This document shows, piece after piece, positions 1 through 10,283 of a stretch of 64,000 bases of DNA (position 1 is its first letter; the number at the start of each line of letters is the position of its first letter). The translations under genes were made by a program, and so were the position numbers. Under the pieces are notes generated by a model. It was not told where the DNA came from. It worked only from the letters and a program-made list of their open reading frames with translations, and did no database searches. The stretch is from an uncultured Oligoflexus sp. (lineage in GTDB: Bacteria; Bdellovibrionota_B; Oligoflexia; Oligoflexales; Oligoflexaceae): contig CAXSGP010000004.1 in the NCBI GenBank assembly GCA_964236955.1, positions 1 to 64,000 of the forward strand, given 5' to 3'.

Positions 1-103
1 ATACGAGTTTGCCTGTACTTTTCAATCACTTATCTCAAACGTCAACAGCCCCTAGGATTGGCTCCTGAGACTTGGAAACTTTAAAGGCGTAAAAGGTTTT
101 GCT

Positions 104-427
104 ATGAAAGTCATCAGCAGCTCGAATCTATTAAGTTATGTATTGATGGCCTTGCTTGGCAGTGGGCAAGTTTATGGCGAAGCACTCAAAGCAGTGGTTC
201 CGACAGCTGAGTCGTCCGGCCCAGTTCCTTCCAAAGGGGATTGTGATAAAGATGCTAAAACCAAGGCTGAGGAAAAGCTAAAGGGTGATCTTGATTTAAA
301 AAAGAAGGGGGAAGTCGAACACGCTGCTGAGGCCAAGGCGTTGCAAAACCTCGGTTTAGCCAAGGCGGACAAGGCTCAGGCAACGGGGATTTCCGGAGTA
401 GGCGGGACGATGGAGACCTGTAAATAA
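104..427 (+). CDS. Hypothetical secreted protein, Lys/Ala-rich
   Basis: 107 aa ORF with a signal-peptide-like N-terminus (LLSYVLMALLGSGQVYG). Its stop abuts the convergent gene with no gap. Confidence 0.65.
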   Translation: MKVISSSNLLSYVLMALLGSGQVYGEALKAVVPTAESSGPVPSKGDCDKDAKTKAEEKLKGDLDLKKKGEVEHAAEAKALQNLGLAKADKAQATGISGVGGTMETCK

Positions 428-1324
428 TCACGCCCTACCTGAAAATGCTTTGGCGATGCCCTTGGCCAGGCAGTTGGCCAGTGTTTGTAAGGCTTTGGAA
501 TCAATAGCCATTTGATCAAGTCGCAAGCCCTCCTTTCCTCCCGCCGCAATCAGATGTTTGGGAATATCGAGCGATAGGCTGGGAACCTTTTGCATATGCT
601 GATAACTCAGGTAGATAGGGGCCGCGTGATAAGGCTCGTTTTCTAGGCAGGCATAAGTTTCTTCAGTGAGGGCTTCTTTCACGCAGGCCAATAGTTCCGG
701 ATCCGCGAGGAGTTGGCCCTGTTCATCGGAACAGATCAAATCGATCTTGCGTTGATAATCATGATTATAAGCATTGAGATATTGATCGACATAGGCTTCG
801 AGCTGCGGAAAGGAAACCCCGAAGGTAGACCTTTTTCCAGATGCATCAACAGGACAAAAGCTCGCCATGGTGTGAACGTCGATCAGGTAGCAGGAGGGCT
901 CGCCTTCTATGATGCTGTAAAGTTTATCCATATAATTCAAAGTGGTTTCGTGAATGGCGATTAGGGCGTCCTTAAGTTCGACCATCAGCTGTGGCGGCAG
1001 ACAGGGCCTTAAGCAGTGATTTCTGAGACGCCCACCATCGACGAGTCCTCGCGGGTAATCGAGCTCTACAACCAAGGTTTTTATTTGATAATGAGACGCT
1101 AACTGCTGCGCCAGGGCATGGGCTAATTCGCCCGCTCCGCCATCGCGCTCTATTTCGAGATAGCTAAGAAAGAGCGGCCAGATTTTTTGCATCTCCACAT
1201 GCTTGGGGATTTCAGGAAAAAAGCGAAAGAACTCTTTTGCATCAGCTCCGTGCGGTACGACCACGATTGCCTGATGGGGACCGCTCGCATGATAGTGGGT
1301 TTCTTTTATGCTGGGATAGGCCAT
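428..1324 (-). CDS. N-formylglutamate amidohydrolase-like protein
   Basis: Motifs VVVPHG, YPRGLVD, LIDVHTM, DLICSD and ENEPY resemble the FGase (HutG-like) Zn-hydrolase family. Confidence 0.6.
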   Translation of the reverse strand: MAYPSIKETHYHASGPHQAIVVVPHGADAKEFFRFFPEIPKHVEMQKIWPLFLSYLEIERDGGAGELAHALAQQLASHYQIKTLVVELDYPRGLVDGGRLRNHCLRPCLPPQLMVELKDALIAIHETTLNYMDKLYSIIEGEPSCYLIDVHTMASFCPVDASGKRSTFGVSFPQLEAYVDQYLNAYNHDYQRKIDLICSDEQGQLLADPELLACVKEALTEETYACLENEPYHAAPIYLSYQHMQKVPSLSLDIPKHLIAAGGKEGLRLDQMAIDSKALQTLANCLAKGIAKAFSGRA

Positions 1325-1502
1325 GGGGTTTGGTCCACTCTTGAAGATAATGGCCTCAGTTTAACAAATTTCTCAATCACAGCGGCAGGAAAAACTGGAA
1401 AAAAGTCGCTGGCTTGGGTACCCATAAAGAACAGCATGGCGAGCGCCGCAGCAGTTGCTGCCAAATTGACATGCTATAGTTGCCCCCAGCAGAAGGAGAA
1501 TT

Positions 1503-2432
1503 GTGGTGGATTTGATTGCCCAGTCCCGCCGAGAGGTCTTTGCTAAGCTTTGGACCCATTACTTTAGTCTTGTGCCGTTTGCCCACAAACTTATCGATGA
1601 CTTCAGGAGGCGCGGCGATGAATGGATCGAAGACCATGTAGCCTATCGGACCTTGCCAGGTGAATTTACAGGTGCTCATATCCTGCAGGGCGTATTTGAA
1701 GCGCTCGGCTATCAGAGAATGGACGATTATAAATTCGAAGAAAAGCAACTTGCCGCTTTTTGGATGTGCCCTCCCGATATTAGCGCGCACAGTCGTGAAG
1801 CATCGCCCAAGATTTTTATTTCCGAATTGATTCCCAATAAATTCCCGGCCGAATTTCAAGAGATCATAAAACGCTATACGGATCAGGTCAAGGTCTCGCC
1901 ATTGACAAGTATCTTAGCCTTGAAGGAAAAAGTCAGGACGGGAGATCCGCAGGCGAAGCTGCAGTTTGAGGCGGAATGCCTGGGCCTCCTTTCAACTCTG
2001 CCGGCTTGGAATCGGCCGACTCTCAAAGACTACGAGATCCTTCGAAAGCATAGTGAGTACGCGGCATGGACAGCATTATTTGGTAACCAGATCAATCACT
2101 TTACCGTGTCGGTCCACCTGATGAAGACCTTTGCCAACATCCACCCATTGGTGGACTTCCTCGATAAAGACCTGAAGATCGCCATGAATAAATCAGGCGG
2201 CGGCATCGTCAAGGGTACGCCTGACCTCCTGCTCGAGCAGATTTCAACCATGGCCGTGGATGTGACCTATAACTTTCAGGACGGCCAGGCCAAGGTTCCT
2301 TATGGATTTGTTGAGTTTGCCTATCGATATCCATTGGCAGGCAAACAACACGATGGCAAATGGAGTTCCTATTACCAGGGCTTTGTCACGTCGAATGCCG
2401 ACAAAATCTTTGAATCGACGACCCGCAGCTAA
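1503..2432 (+). CDS. DUF1338 family protein (HglS/2-oxoadipate dioxygenase-like VOC fold)
   Basis: DHVAYRT, SEYAAW, NHFTVSV, LEQISTMA, FVEFAYRY and GFVTSNADKIFEST. GTG start with AAGGAG RBS. Confidence 0.85.
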   Translation: MVDLIAQSRREVFAKLWTHYFSLVPFAHKLIDDFRRRGDEWIEDHVAYRTLPGEFTGAHILQGVFEALGYQRMDDYKFEEKQLAAFWMCPPDISAHSREASPKIFISELIPNKFPAEFQEIIKRYTDQVKVSPLTSILALKEKVRTGDPQAKLQFEAECLGLLSTLPAWNRPTLKDYEILRKHSEYAAWTALFGNQINHFTVSVHLMKTFANIHPLVDFLDKDLKIAMNKSGGGIVKGTPDLLLEQISTMAVDVTYNFQDGQAKVPYGFVEFAYRYPLAGKQHDGKWSSYYQGFVTSNADKIFESTTRS

Positions 2433-2558
2433 GGGCTTTACAAAATGTGGCAGCCGAAATAGGACTGGTTCAGTTTCTCGCTGCGGGTTTTTGTTTTTTA
2501 CATGTAATCTCTAAGCTCAACAAAGGGATTGTGCTGCCCTATAATTTGGAAAGGTTTC

Positions 2559-3434
2559 ATGATGGCGGCTTCTCAGCCAAAAGCTCTCGCCGCTCTCCGA
2601 GCTGGCTTATTCGGTATCCTAGTCTTCGCACCGCTTCTGGTCGTCAATGCCATGCAGATGATCAGCATACTCTGGCGCTTCATCTATCCCTCAGCATTTC
2701 GACGATACAATAGCTTTTGGGCTCATTATTATTGGTCTTACTGTGTTTGGCTGGCTCGGACGGTCGGCAAGTTCAGGGTGACGACCAAAAAAGATAATCT
2801 GCCTGCGGGTGAAAATGCGTTGGTGCTTTCCAATCATCAGAGCGCGGTGGATATTGTTGTACAGTTGGCCTTCGGTCAAAGTTACGGTCGTCTGGGGGAC
2901 ATGAAATTTTTTGCCAAGGATATGCTGAAGTATATTCCCGGACCAGGCTGGGGCATGGTCTTCCTGGATAACATTTTCATGAAAAGGGATTGGACGCGCG
3001 ATCGAGTCAATGTCGTGGGACAGCTGCAGAAATTTAAGAAAGCCCGCGCACCTATATGGATTAATCTTTATCCCGAAGGCACCCGGCTTAAGCCAAGTAA
3101 ACTTGCGGCGGCACAGGATTTTGCGAGAAAAAATAATCTGCCCGTTCCAAAACGTGTTCTCATCCCAAGAGTAAAAGGCTTTCTGGCAACTCTCGAAGGA
3201 CTCGATGGCTATCTCGATGCCGTTTATGATCTAACAATCGCCTATCCAAAGGGACAGCCCCCGACCCTCTGGCAGCTCCTATCAGCCGAAGGACACGATG
3301 TGAAGGTTGAGATAAAGCGTTTTCCAATCAGCGATCTGCCGGTGGAAGCTGAAGCGAGAGGGGAGTGGCTGATGGAACTCTATCGAAAAAAAGACGCCCA
3401 GCTGGAGCGAATGATTAAGAGCTTTGAAACTTAA
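2559..3434 (+). CDS. Lysophospholipid acyltransferase (PlsC superfamily, LCLAT1/YihG-like)
   Basis: NHQSAVD (HX4D), FFAK, YPEGTR and AVYDLTIAY. Start moved to ATG 2559 after GAAAGG. Confidence 0.88.
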   Translation: MMAASQPKALAALRAGLFGILVFAPLLVVNAMQMISILWRFIYPSAFRRYNSFWAHYYWSYCVWLARTVGKFRVTTKKDNLPAGENALVLSNHQSAVDIVVQLAFGQSYGRLGDMKFFAKDMLKYIPGPGWGMVFLDNIFMKRDWTRDRVNVVGQLQKFKKARAPIWINLYPEGTRLKPSKLAAAQDFARKNNLPVPKRVLIPRVKGFLATLEGLDGYLDAVYDLTIAYPKGQPPTLWQLLSAEGHDVKVEIKRFPISDLPVEAEARGEWLMELYRKKDAQLERMIKSFET

Positions 3435-3438
3435 GCCC

Positions 3439-3507
3439 AAAAAAAACCGCAACGGCTAAGCGCTGCGGTTCCTTGATAAGAGGGAGGAACCGCTCACTGA
3501 GCGGTTC
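3439..3507. terminator. Two adjacent hairpins between convergent genes; the first is an intrinsic terminator for the minus strand
   Basis: AACCGCA (3445-3451) pairs with TGCGGTT (3464-3470) and is preceded by an A-tract. Perfect inverted repeat GAACCGCTCA-C-TGAGCGGTTC at 3487-3507. Confidence 0.7.
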
Positions 3508-3528
3508 TGGGATCACTCTCAGGTATGA

Positions 3529-4368
3529 TTATTTAGGGCCGATTACAACGACAGGAGGGGTAGGGGCGGCCGGGGGGACGGCAGTCGTTCCTTTACCAGG
3601 AGCTGTGTTGCCATCTGTTCCCGGTACGCCTGGCATTCCGCCTTTTCCACGACCTGAATTCCCGTCTGTGCCAGCCATTCCGCCTTTGCCTTCGCCCATT
3701 CCACCTTTGCCTTCGCCCATTCCGCCTTTATTTTTTTTGCATTCGGCTTTGTCTTGAGCGCGAAGTGCGGCATATTCCGCTTCATCAAGTTTGCCGTCTT
3801 TGTTCAAATCGAACTTGGCAAGAACTTCCGCAGTCACTTTCTTTACGCGTTCCTTATGCTCACCTTTGTGGTGTTCCGAACGGAATTTACCGATCCGTAA
3901 GCCCTGAGCCTTAAGCGATGTTTCAAGCTCGGCGACCGATATCAGGTTGTCTGTGCCAGCGGCCTTAACAAATTGTTCTTCGAGTTTCTTTTGTTTTGCG
4001 GCAATCTTCTCAGAAGTTTGTTGCGCAGCCTTGGCAGCGTCCATTGGCTTTGCCAAAGCTAAGAATTCATCTTTGGTAAGGGAGCCGTCGTCATTGGCAT
4101 CGAGGCGGTCCATGACTTTGGTTGCCATTGCCTTAATGCGCGCCTCCTTCGTATCATTCGTCACCGAAGGATCCGGTGTCGTTGCAGGCGCTGCATCAGC
4201 AACGATTTGAGATTCATTCATGTCATCGAGATAGATGTTCGTTGAAGCCTGGCCTTCTGCAGAGATCGCTTCCTGAGCAGCCGATTTCTTCTCATCAAGC
4301 TTCGATGCATCTAGGCAGCCAGTGAGTAATAGAAAGGGGACGAGAGCCAAACAATAAGTTCTTTTCAT
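3529..4368 (-). CDS. EF-hand calcium-binding lipoprotein with Gly-rich tail
   Basis: Lipobox LLLTGC; EF-hand loops DANDDGSLTKDE and DLNKDGKLDEAE; AGGAG RBS. Confidence 0.85.
   Translation of the reverse strand: MKRTYCLALVPFLLLTGCLDASKLDEKKSAAQEAISAEGQASTNIYLDDMNESQIVADAAPATTPDPSVTNDTKEARIKAMATKVMDRLDANDDGSLTKDEFLALAKPMDAAKAAQQTSEKIAAKQKKLEEQFVKAAGTDNLISVAELETSLKAQGLRIGKFRSEHHKGEHKERVKKVTAEVLAKFDLNKDGKLDEAEYAALRAQDKAECKKNKGGMGEGKGGMGEGKGGMAGTDGNSGRGKGGMPGVPGTDGNTAPGKGTTAVPPAAPTPPVVVIGPK
3675..3729 (-). repeat. 21-bp coding tandem repeat (GGMGEGK units)
   Basis: CCATTCC(G/A)CCTTTGCCTTCGC x2 plus a partial third copy. Confidence 0.85.
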
Positions 4369-4405
4369 GATAAATCTCCTGATGAGTAATATGCCGTGTA
4401 ATCCC

Positions 4406-4433
4406 TTATCGGTTTCACCTAGCCGGAACTTAA
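4406..4433 (-). promoter_or_regulatory. Sigma-28 (FliA)-like promoter
   Basis: Minus strand TTAAGTTC-N12-ACCGATAA about 37 bp upstream of the EF-hand lipoprotein start; consensus is TAAA-N15/16-GCCGATAA. Confidence 0.6.
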
Positions 4434-4703
4434 GCTGCTACTAAAAGAAATTAAATAAGGGCTATAATGGCCTGCAATATCATCTCAGTAGAATTTGGTA
4501 AGAATTAGAATAAATTCGGTATTAATTGGCAGAGGAATGGCGTCCCTGTTAATTTTTTGTGAATAGGGTGGGTTTGCAATCGAGAAAGATTGGTTTAATT
4601 TTGGCAGCGAACCGGCACCCGATGGAGCCGGGCCTGGGAGGGCCACGGGTCCATAGCTTAAGAGGATGGATAGAGAAGCTGCCGACACGTGTCGCAAGAG
4701 GTC

Positions 4704-5648
4704 TTAGAGATCCTTGCAGCAGCGAAAGCTTAGATGATAATTGGAATGGCTCTTCAGATCCGTGATTTTAGTCCCATGCCAGAAGGGAGCTCGCCAGCGG
4801 CAATGATCCGGGTGAGCCTGATATTTATCCCATATGAACCAGCTGCCTTTCATTTCAGTATAACCTAAGGGTTTGGTTGCGCCTCTGCTGGCCATCTCTT
4901 CAGGCTTGGTTGGGATGTTCATGTGTTCCGCAGCGTTGCCATGAATATCAAAAACCTGAAATGCACTGGTACACTCGGTAAAGGAACCGGCAGGGTAGGT
5001 GTTGGAGCCACAGTGTTTCCAGTCGCCACCGTTGCAGTCGTTCGCTTTGGTGCTATCCATAGCACAATTGCCTTTTTTGCGCTCCTTGCCGTAGGCATAG
5101 ACCGGATTTTTATTGGCAACTGCATTGTGAGCGGCACGACGCGCCTTAAGCTGAGCTTCCGGGGGAAGCCCTTTGAAGGAATCAAAGTCGTAATCCGGTT
5201 CCTCAAGATCACCCGCGCAGGCGCCTTCCCATTCGTGGGCATCGCAGATGCGTTTACCTTCGGCGGCACAGATTTCCACTGCTTCGTTAGCCTGGGTCCA
5301 GACCACAGGATATTCGCAGGGGATGTTGGGAAATTCAAATTGGTCGATACAGGTCTTCGCGTCTTCAGCTTTTTGTTTGGCGGGGTTATAGAGCGGAGCC
5401 ATGTAAGGCGCACCGCAGATCTTTTCAAATTGAGGGTTTTCGAAAGTGTAATGGGCCGCTTTCGCTTTCTCCAGACACTGGTCGGTCGTCATGGGATGTT
5501 TGGTCACGGCCGGATTCCCTTGGCCAAGGATCTTGGATTTCTTTTGGAAGGGTTCAAGAATTTTTTTGTAGTTCTGAATCAATTCCTCTCGTGTTGCGGC
5601 CAAGCCAAAATTACTAGCCATAAATAAGCACAGCAGGAGGCGTTTCAT
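4704..5648 (-). CDS. Secreted FGE-sulfatase/SUMF1-domain protein, Cys-rich
   Basis: CIDQFEFP, CAAEGKRICDAHEWEGAC, FDIHGNAAEH and C-terminal FRCC; signal peptide. Confidence 0.82.
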   Translation of the reverse strand: MKRLLLCLFMASNFGLAATREELIQNYKKILEPFQKKSKILGQGNPAVTKHPMTTDQCLEKAKAAHYTFENPQFEKICGAPYMAPLYNPAKQKAEDAKTCIDQFEFPNIPCEYPVVWTQANEAVEICAAEGKRICDAHEWEGACAGDLEEPDYDFDSFKGLPPEAQLKARRAAHNAVANKNPVYAYGKERKKGNCAMDSTKANDCNGGDWKHCGSNTYPAGSFTECTSAFQVFDIHGNAAEHMNIPTKPEEMASRGATKPLGYTEMKGSWFIWDKYQAHPDHCRWRAPFWHGTKITDLKSHSNYHLSFRCCKDL

Positions 5649-5822
5649 AGATCATGCTCCAAACAGGACGGTGGAAGTGAGAGGCCATTATACTAAAAAT
5701 TGGCCATGCTGGTCCAGTTGACCTGTCAACCATCGACGGCTTGCGCCATCCAACGCGAAGCGGTAGGCTCTGTTCCTGTTTATTCTGACAATAGTTTTTC
5801 TGATCGTCTGAGGAGTGATTTC

Positions 5823-6302
5823 ATGAAAGTAGGTTTTGGTTTGCTCGCATTAACTACGCTTACGACTTCGATTCCGTTATCGGCGGCCAATTCAAAAGCT
5901 GTTTCTGTGCTTGCCGGTGTCGATAGGGGCGGCATCGCCCTTGGAGCGAACTTTGATTTCATCGATTCGCCAAATGAAGCCTATGGTGCTTACGCGAGAC
6001 TTTTCTCCAAGGATAAATCCGAAGCGGAACCTGCGCTTTTCGCATTTGGCGCTGAATTTCGTGGGCAAACCAAAATAGGGCTCTTTGAATATTACTTTTC
6101 ACCAGGAATTGGTGCCATTCATCATAACTTCGATGATACGAAAATTCTCATTGGCCCGAGTCTGGCCTATGGTATGACGGCCGAACTTGATAAAAATACT
6201 AGCATCGGTATAGAAAATACGAAACTCTACAGCTGGGCCGGCACCTATAAAGGTCTCATCAAAGATGCTTTTTTGGCTCAGGTTCGGATTGGGTTTAACT
6301 GA
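5823..6302 (+). CDS. Small outer-membrane beta-barrel protein (hypothetical)
   Basis: ATG after AGGAG; signal peptide; alternating amphipathic strands; ends QVRIGFN. Confidence 0.7.
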   Translation: MKVGFGLLALTTLTTSIPLSAANSKAVSVLAGVDRGGIALGANFDFIDSPNEAYGAYARLFSKDKSEAEPALFAFGAEFRGQTKIGLFEYYFSPGIGAIHHNFDDTKILIGPSLAYGMTAELDKNTSIGIENTKLYSWAGTYKGLIKDAFLAQVRIGFN

Positions 6303-6556
6303 AGGCCAAGTACTGGGTGTTTAGCGAGGACTGGTGCCGACGATAAGTTTACAGCTTCCCTTCCACTCACAGTGGATTTTGTTCATCGATACCTTTACAA
6401 AAAAAGTTTTGCCGGACTTGTCCGTCCCATTAATCAAGAGGAAGCGGATAAAGTTGTTGATCATCAATGGGGACGCGAGCAGCAGGATAGACGAACCCGC
6501 TTCCTGCAGGAGCAAGCGGACTCGGGCGACCAGGAGGATACCGGCTCTATAGGAAT

Positions 6557-6985
6557 TTATTCTTCTTTTTGATTGCGCTGATCGTAGAGCTGATCAAAAT
6601 TGATCGGTGCCAATACGAGTGGAGGGAAGCTTCCTTTTAGACATAGGCTGTCCACTGTTTCACGAAGGTAGGGAAAGAGTATATTCAGACAAAAAGTACC
6701 AATGAGTCGGTTCAGTTGCTCGCCTTCGAGGCCTTTGATCGTGAATATGCCGCCCTGCTCCACTTCGATGACAAAGGCTGCTTTGTCATTGTTCTTAGCA
6801 GTTATAGTCATTTCGAGCGAAACTTCATATACAGAGTCAGCGACCACACGGTTTTTGGTCTGCATTTCAACATTGATCTGTGGCTTCCATTGCTGGGAAA
6901 AGCTCTCAATGGGGCTCGGCGACTCGAAAGAAACATCTTTTACGTAAATGCGCTGGAGCGCGACTTGAACTTCATTTTCTGCCAT
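6557..6985 (-). CDS. secB: Protein-export chaperone SecB
   Basis: QRIYVKDVSFESP, EVEQGGIF, ILFPYLRE, FPPLVLAPINFD. Start moved to ATG 6985 after GAGGAG. Confidence 0.97.
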   Translation of the reverse strand: MAENEVQVALQRIYVKDVSFESPSPIESFSQQWKPQINVEMQTKNRVVADSVYEVSLEMTITAKNNDKAAFVIEVEQGGIFTIKGLEGEQLNRLIGTFCLNILFPYLRETVDSLCLKGSFPPLVLAPINFDQLYDQRNQKEE

Positions 6986-7164
6986 ATTTGGACTCCTCGG
7001 TACATAGATTTGTAAGGCAAAGAACGGTAGCGCAAAGTGCAGACCAAGGCCAGCACAAAGTGAGAATGTTGAAGGAAGAGGGCTCTGTGCCCCAGGGTTT
7101 TGGAACATAAATGAGTACGGGCTTGGATCAAGCATTCCATTCCAGCCGCAGACGGGGGACAAAA

Positions 7165-8037
7165 ATGTTTCAGAGATTGAAGAAAATAAAGTCAGGCCTG
7201 ATCCCCAGTTTCCTAGCCATGCTGCTGCTACTGAGTGGATGTGCTTTCAAACGACTGATCTATGACCGCCTGGACTGGCTGGTCATGTACCAAATCGATG
7301 GTTATCTCGATTTATCCAAAGAGCAAAAGCTGAGCTTTAAAACAGCGGTTGGCGAGGCGATCCATTGGCTCAAGAAAGAAAAGGTTCCCAATGCCATCCT
7401 AATCCTCGGCAAGTTTGAGGCCAATGCCAAATCCCACCGCTACGACGAAGGGTTAAATCAGTCGTTAACTCAAGAAGTAGATCAAATTCGAAAGGATCTT
7501 TTTAGCAAGTTTGAACGACCGATAGTCAATCTTCTGGCATCGCTCAACGCTGAGCAAATCGAATATCTCAAAAAGAAGTTAAAAAAGTCGAATGAAGATC
7601 TGGAAGATATTCTAAAAGAAAAGAATACTGAAAAAGAATATGAAGACGAGGTTGGCAAAAAACAATTGGAATCGGTCGTCGAATGGTATGGAGATCTTGA
7701 TAAACAGCAGATCAAGTTCTTCTTTCAAAGCATTGGACTCAATCGGGCGCAGATCCAGGAGAAGCTGCTCCAGCGGCAGCGGCTGCAGGCGTACATCGTT
7801 GAAACCCTGGGTTCTCATAACGCCTTAAAGATAAAGGCCATGGTTCAATCGTTTGCTGACAGTGGATCCGTCTGGCAAGATGCAGCTCAGCTCAAGGTCC
7901 GAGCGGAATCCGACCGGCGATGGGAGAACTATCTTAAAGTCCTGAGCGCGAGTCTTACGGCGGAGCAATGGCTTCACCTTGAAGGGAAGCTCAGGGAAAT
8001 GCGCCTGGATCTCGAACATATGATAGGGCGCGAGTAG
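7165..8037 (+). CDS. Helical lipoprotein, DUF6279-like
   Basis: Lipobox LLLSGC followed by IYDRLDWL..YQIDGYLDLS.EQ; C-terminal LTAEQW.HL. Confidence 0.72.
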   Translation: MFQRLKKIKSGLIPSFLAMLLLLSGCAFKRLIYDRLDWLVMYQIDGYLDLSKEQKLSFKTAVGEAIHWLKKEKVPNAILILGKFEANAKSHRYDEGLNQSLTQEVDQIRKDLFSKFERPIVNLLASLNAEQIEYLKKKLKKSNEDLEDILKEKNTEKEYEDEVGKKQLESVVEWYGDLDKQQIKFFFQSIGLNRAQIQEKLLQRQRLQAYIVETLGSHNALKIKAMVQSFADSGSVWQDAAQLKVRAESDRRWENYLKVLSASLTAEQWLHLEGKLREMRLDLEHMIGRE

Positions 8038-8278
8038 CCGGTGGCCCAAAAGCGCTGTTGGTTTGCCATTGGGCTTTGAGTGTGGAATGGTCCGGAAGAA
8101 TGTTACGGTCGATGTCGACCACGTCCCACCATTCTACGTTAAAGGTCGCCTCAGGAAAGGGCCCGGGTCCGGGCGCGATGCCTCGCGAATTCTGTTTGGT
8201 AATGCTGGCTTTTTCGTCTTTCCACCACTGATCGATCCATTCAAAAATAGTGCCTCCCAAAAGCTTAGAGGACGATTC

Positions 8279-9247
8279 ATGTTTCTAGACGACGGGAATT
8301 TTGCAAGGGAATTTGACGAGAAAGTACTCCCGTTGATAAAGACTGGGAAGGAAGGTTATTTCATAGGCGTCGATTCGGCAAAGATCTATTATGTAGCATT
8401 CGAAAATCCAAGGGCGAAGGCTAAAGTCCTAATTGTTCCAGGGTTTACGGAAAACACAATTAAATATCGCGAATTGATTTATAACTTTTATCAAGCCGGT
8501 TATTCCGTTTACATATTCGATCCGCGCAGCCAAGGAAAATCCGAGCGTTTCCTAGACGATAGAGAAATGGTGTGGGTTAAGAACTGGGACGATTACGTCA
8601 CTGACTTTAAGATCTTTGCCCAGGAGGTCGTTCCACAAGACGATCTGCCCGCTGTGATATTTTCCCATTCCATGGGCGGGTCGATCGTTGCCGATGTATT
8701 GACGAGTGAGCCCGGCATCGCTAAAGCGGCAGTGATCAGTAGCCCCATTATTGCTCTTAATATCGGCAATTTTCCGCCCTCCCTGACCTTTCTTCTGAAG
8801 GGGATCGTGCACGGAATGGTGCTGGTGGGAAGGGGAAAAACATACTCGATGGGGCAGGAAGCTTTCGATTCTGACAGTTGGACGATTGAAGCGTCCAGCA
8901 CATCCTCCTCGGTTCGCCATGAGCGCTATAAGCGCGACGTCGTAGCAGCCAGGGAGCAGATGGGTGGTGCCAGTTACAATTGGCTTAAGGAGATTTTGAT
9001 AATGAATAGAAAGCTTCATGATGAAGCTATTCTTACCAAGGTGACGACTCCTATATTGATGGGGCAGGCTGGAAAAGACCGGCTAGCGTTAGCTTCGGGT
9101 CAGCTTCGTTTTTGCCGTCTTAGCAAGAACAGCCGCTTAAGTGTTAAACCTGATTCGAAACACGAGATTTATAATGAAGTTTCGGCGATACGAACGCCGT
9201 GGATCAATGAAATTTTGGCTTTTTATACCGAGCACCTGCCCCGCTGA
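8279..9247 (+). CDS. Alpha/beta hydrolase, lysophospholipase L2 (PldB)-like
   Basis: PGFTEN..KY.E, DPRSQGKS, nucleophile elbow SHSMGG, KHEIYNE. Start moved to ATG 8279 after GAGG. Confidence 0.85.
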   Translation: MFLDDGNFAREFDEKVLPLIKTGKEGYFIGVDSAKIYYVAFENPRAKAKVLIVPGFTENTIKYRELIYNFYQAGYSVYIFDPRSQGKSERFLDDREMVWVKNWDDYVTDFKIFAQEVVPQDDLPAVIFSHSMGGSIVADVLTSEPGIAKAAVISSPIIALNIGNFPPSLTFLLKGIVHGMVLVGRGKTYSMGQEAFDSDSWTIEASSTSSSVRHERYKRDVVAAREQMGGASYNWLKEILIMNRKLHDEAILTKVTTPILMGQAGKDRLALASGQLRFCRLSKNSRLSVKPDSKHEIYNEVSAIRTPWINEILAFYTEHLPR

Positions 9248-9566
9248 AAGGGGTGACGATGGCTTAAGAATCGCTCCCCAAGGACTTTGTCTCCGAGCTC
9301 CCTACTGAGAGTCGTCGGCCTTACTATCTGACAAGGAGCTTGATAAAGAGTTCGTCATGGCATGCGCTGCTCAATCGTCGATAGCTAGGAAAGCAAAGGC
9401 CGAACTCCAATGTGTCTGTATTCGTCAGGACTTTGTTACACCCTGCACCAATGGACCATTTTTTGTTACGTAGATGGACAAACAGCGCCATTTCGCTAAT
9501 TCGCTCTTTTTTAATCCTGGTAAAATTTGCTAAGATCTTTCTCGAATTTTGAAGGAGGATAGGCCT

Positions 9567-10283
9567 GTGGGAAGAAAGTCATCAAAAATCGCCTTGCGCA
9601 AGGGGGCAGCCGACAAGGCAAGAGGGCAGCTCTATACAAGAATGCTTAAGGACGTGTTTAAGGCGTCCAAAGGCGGCAGCGGTGAAATTGTCAGCAATTT
9701 CCTGTTAAAAGTTGCAATTGAAAAGGCCAAGAAATTCAACGTTCCGAGAGAGCATATCGAGAAGGCGATCAAAAAAGGCCAGGGCGAGGAAGGAGGTGGC
9801 TATCAAGACATCTCCTATGAAGGCTACGGTCCAGGCGGCGTCGCTTTTTTTGTTGAGGTGTCCACGGACAATCCAACCCGCACCGTCGCGAATATTAGAA
9901 GCTCATTTAAAAAATGCAATGGTGCGCTCGGGACGGCAGGATCGCTGGAATTTGTGTTTGCTCATAAGGCACAGTTTGAGATTATTGCCGAAAGGATCGA
10001 TGAAGAGGAATTTACCCTGCATATGATCGAAGCGGGTGCAGACGATGTTGAGCTTGACGAGGGCTATTATGTTGTGACAGGTCCCAAGGAGGCTTTTGGA
10101 CTGATTCAGGAAAAACTTCAAGAAATTGAAGTCACACCTGAAGAGGCTTCGCTCATTAGAATCCCTAACAGTAAGAAAGAAGTGGATGCCGAGACTTTGC
10201 TACAGATAGAAAAACTCATCGATCTTCTCGAAAATGATGATGATGTTGTGACTGTTTACCATAATCTTGAGAATGAAATTTAA
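9567..10283 (+). CDS. yebC: YebC/PmpR family protein
   Basis: YEGYGPGGVA, TDNPTRT, LENDDDVVTVYHN. GTG start after AAGGAGG. Confidence 0.95.
   Translation: MGRKSSKIALRKGAADKARGQLYTRMLKDVFKASKGGSGEIVSNFLLKVAIEKAKKFNVPREHIEKAIKKGQGEEGGGYQDISYEGYGPGGVAFFVEVSTDNPTRTVANIRSSFKKCNGALGTAGSLEFVFAHKAQFEIIAERIDEEEFTLHMIEAGADDVELDEGYYVVTGPKEAFGLIQEKLQEIEVTPEEASLIRIPNSKKEVDAETLLQIEKLIDLLENDDDVVTVYHNLENEI

Noticed and set aside
4923..5627. 234 aa plus-strand ORF
   Set aside because: Antisense to the FGE-domain gene; no recognisable features.
4704..5648. FGE-sulfatase protein as a diversity-generating retroelement target
   Set aside because: No reverse transcriptase and no second copy (template repeat) of its 3' end seen in the window.
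8085..8175. GGTCCGGAAG resembling the SRP RNA loop
   Set aside because: The following GAAGCAGC and the enclosing helix are absent.
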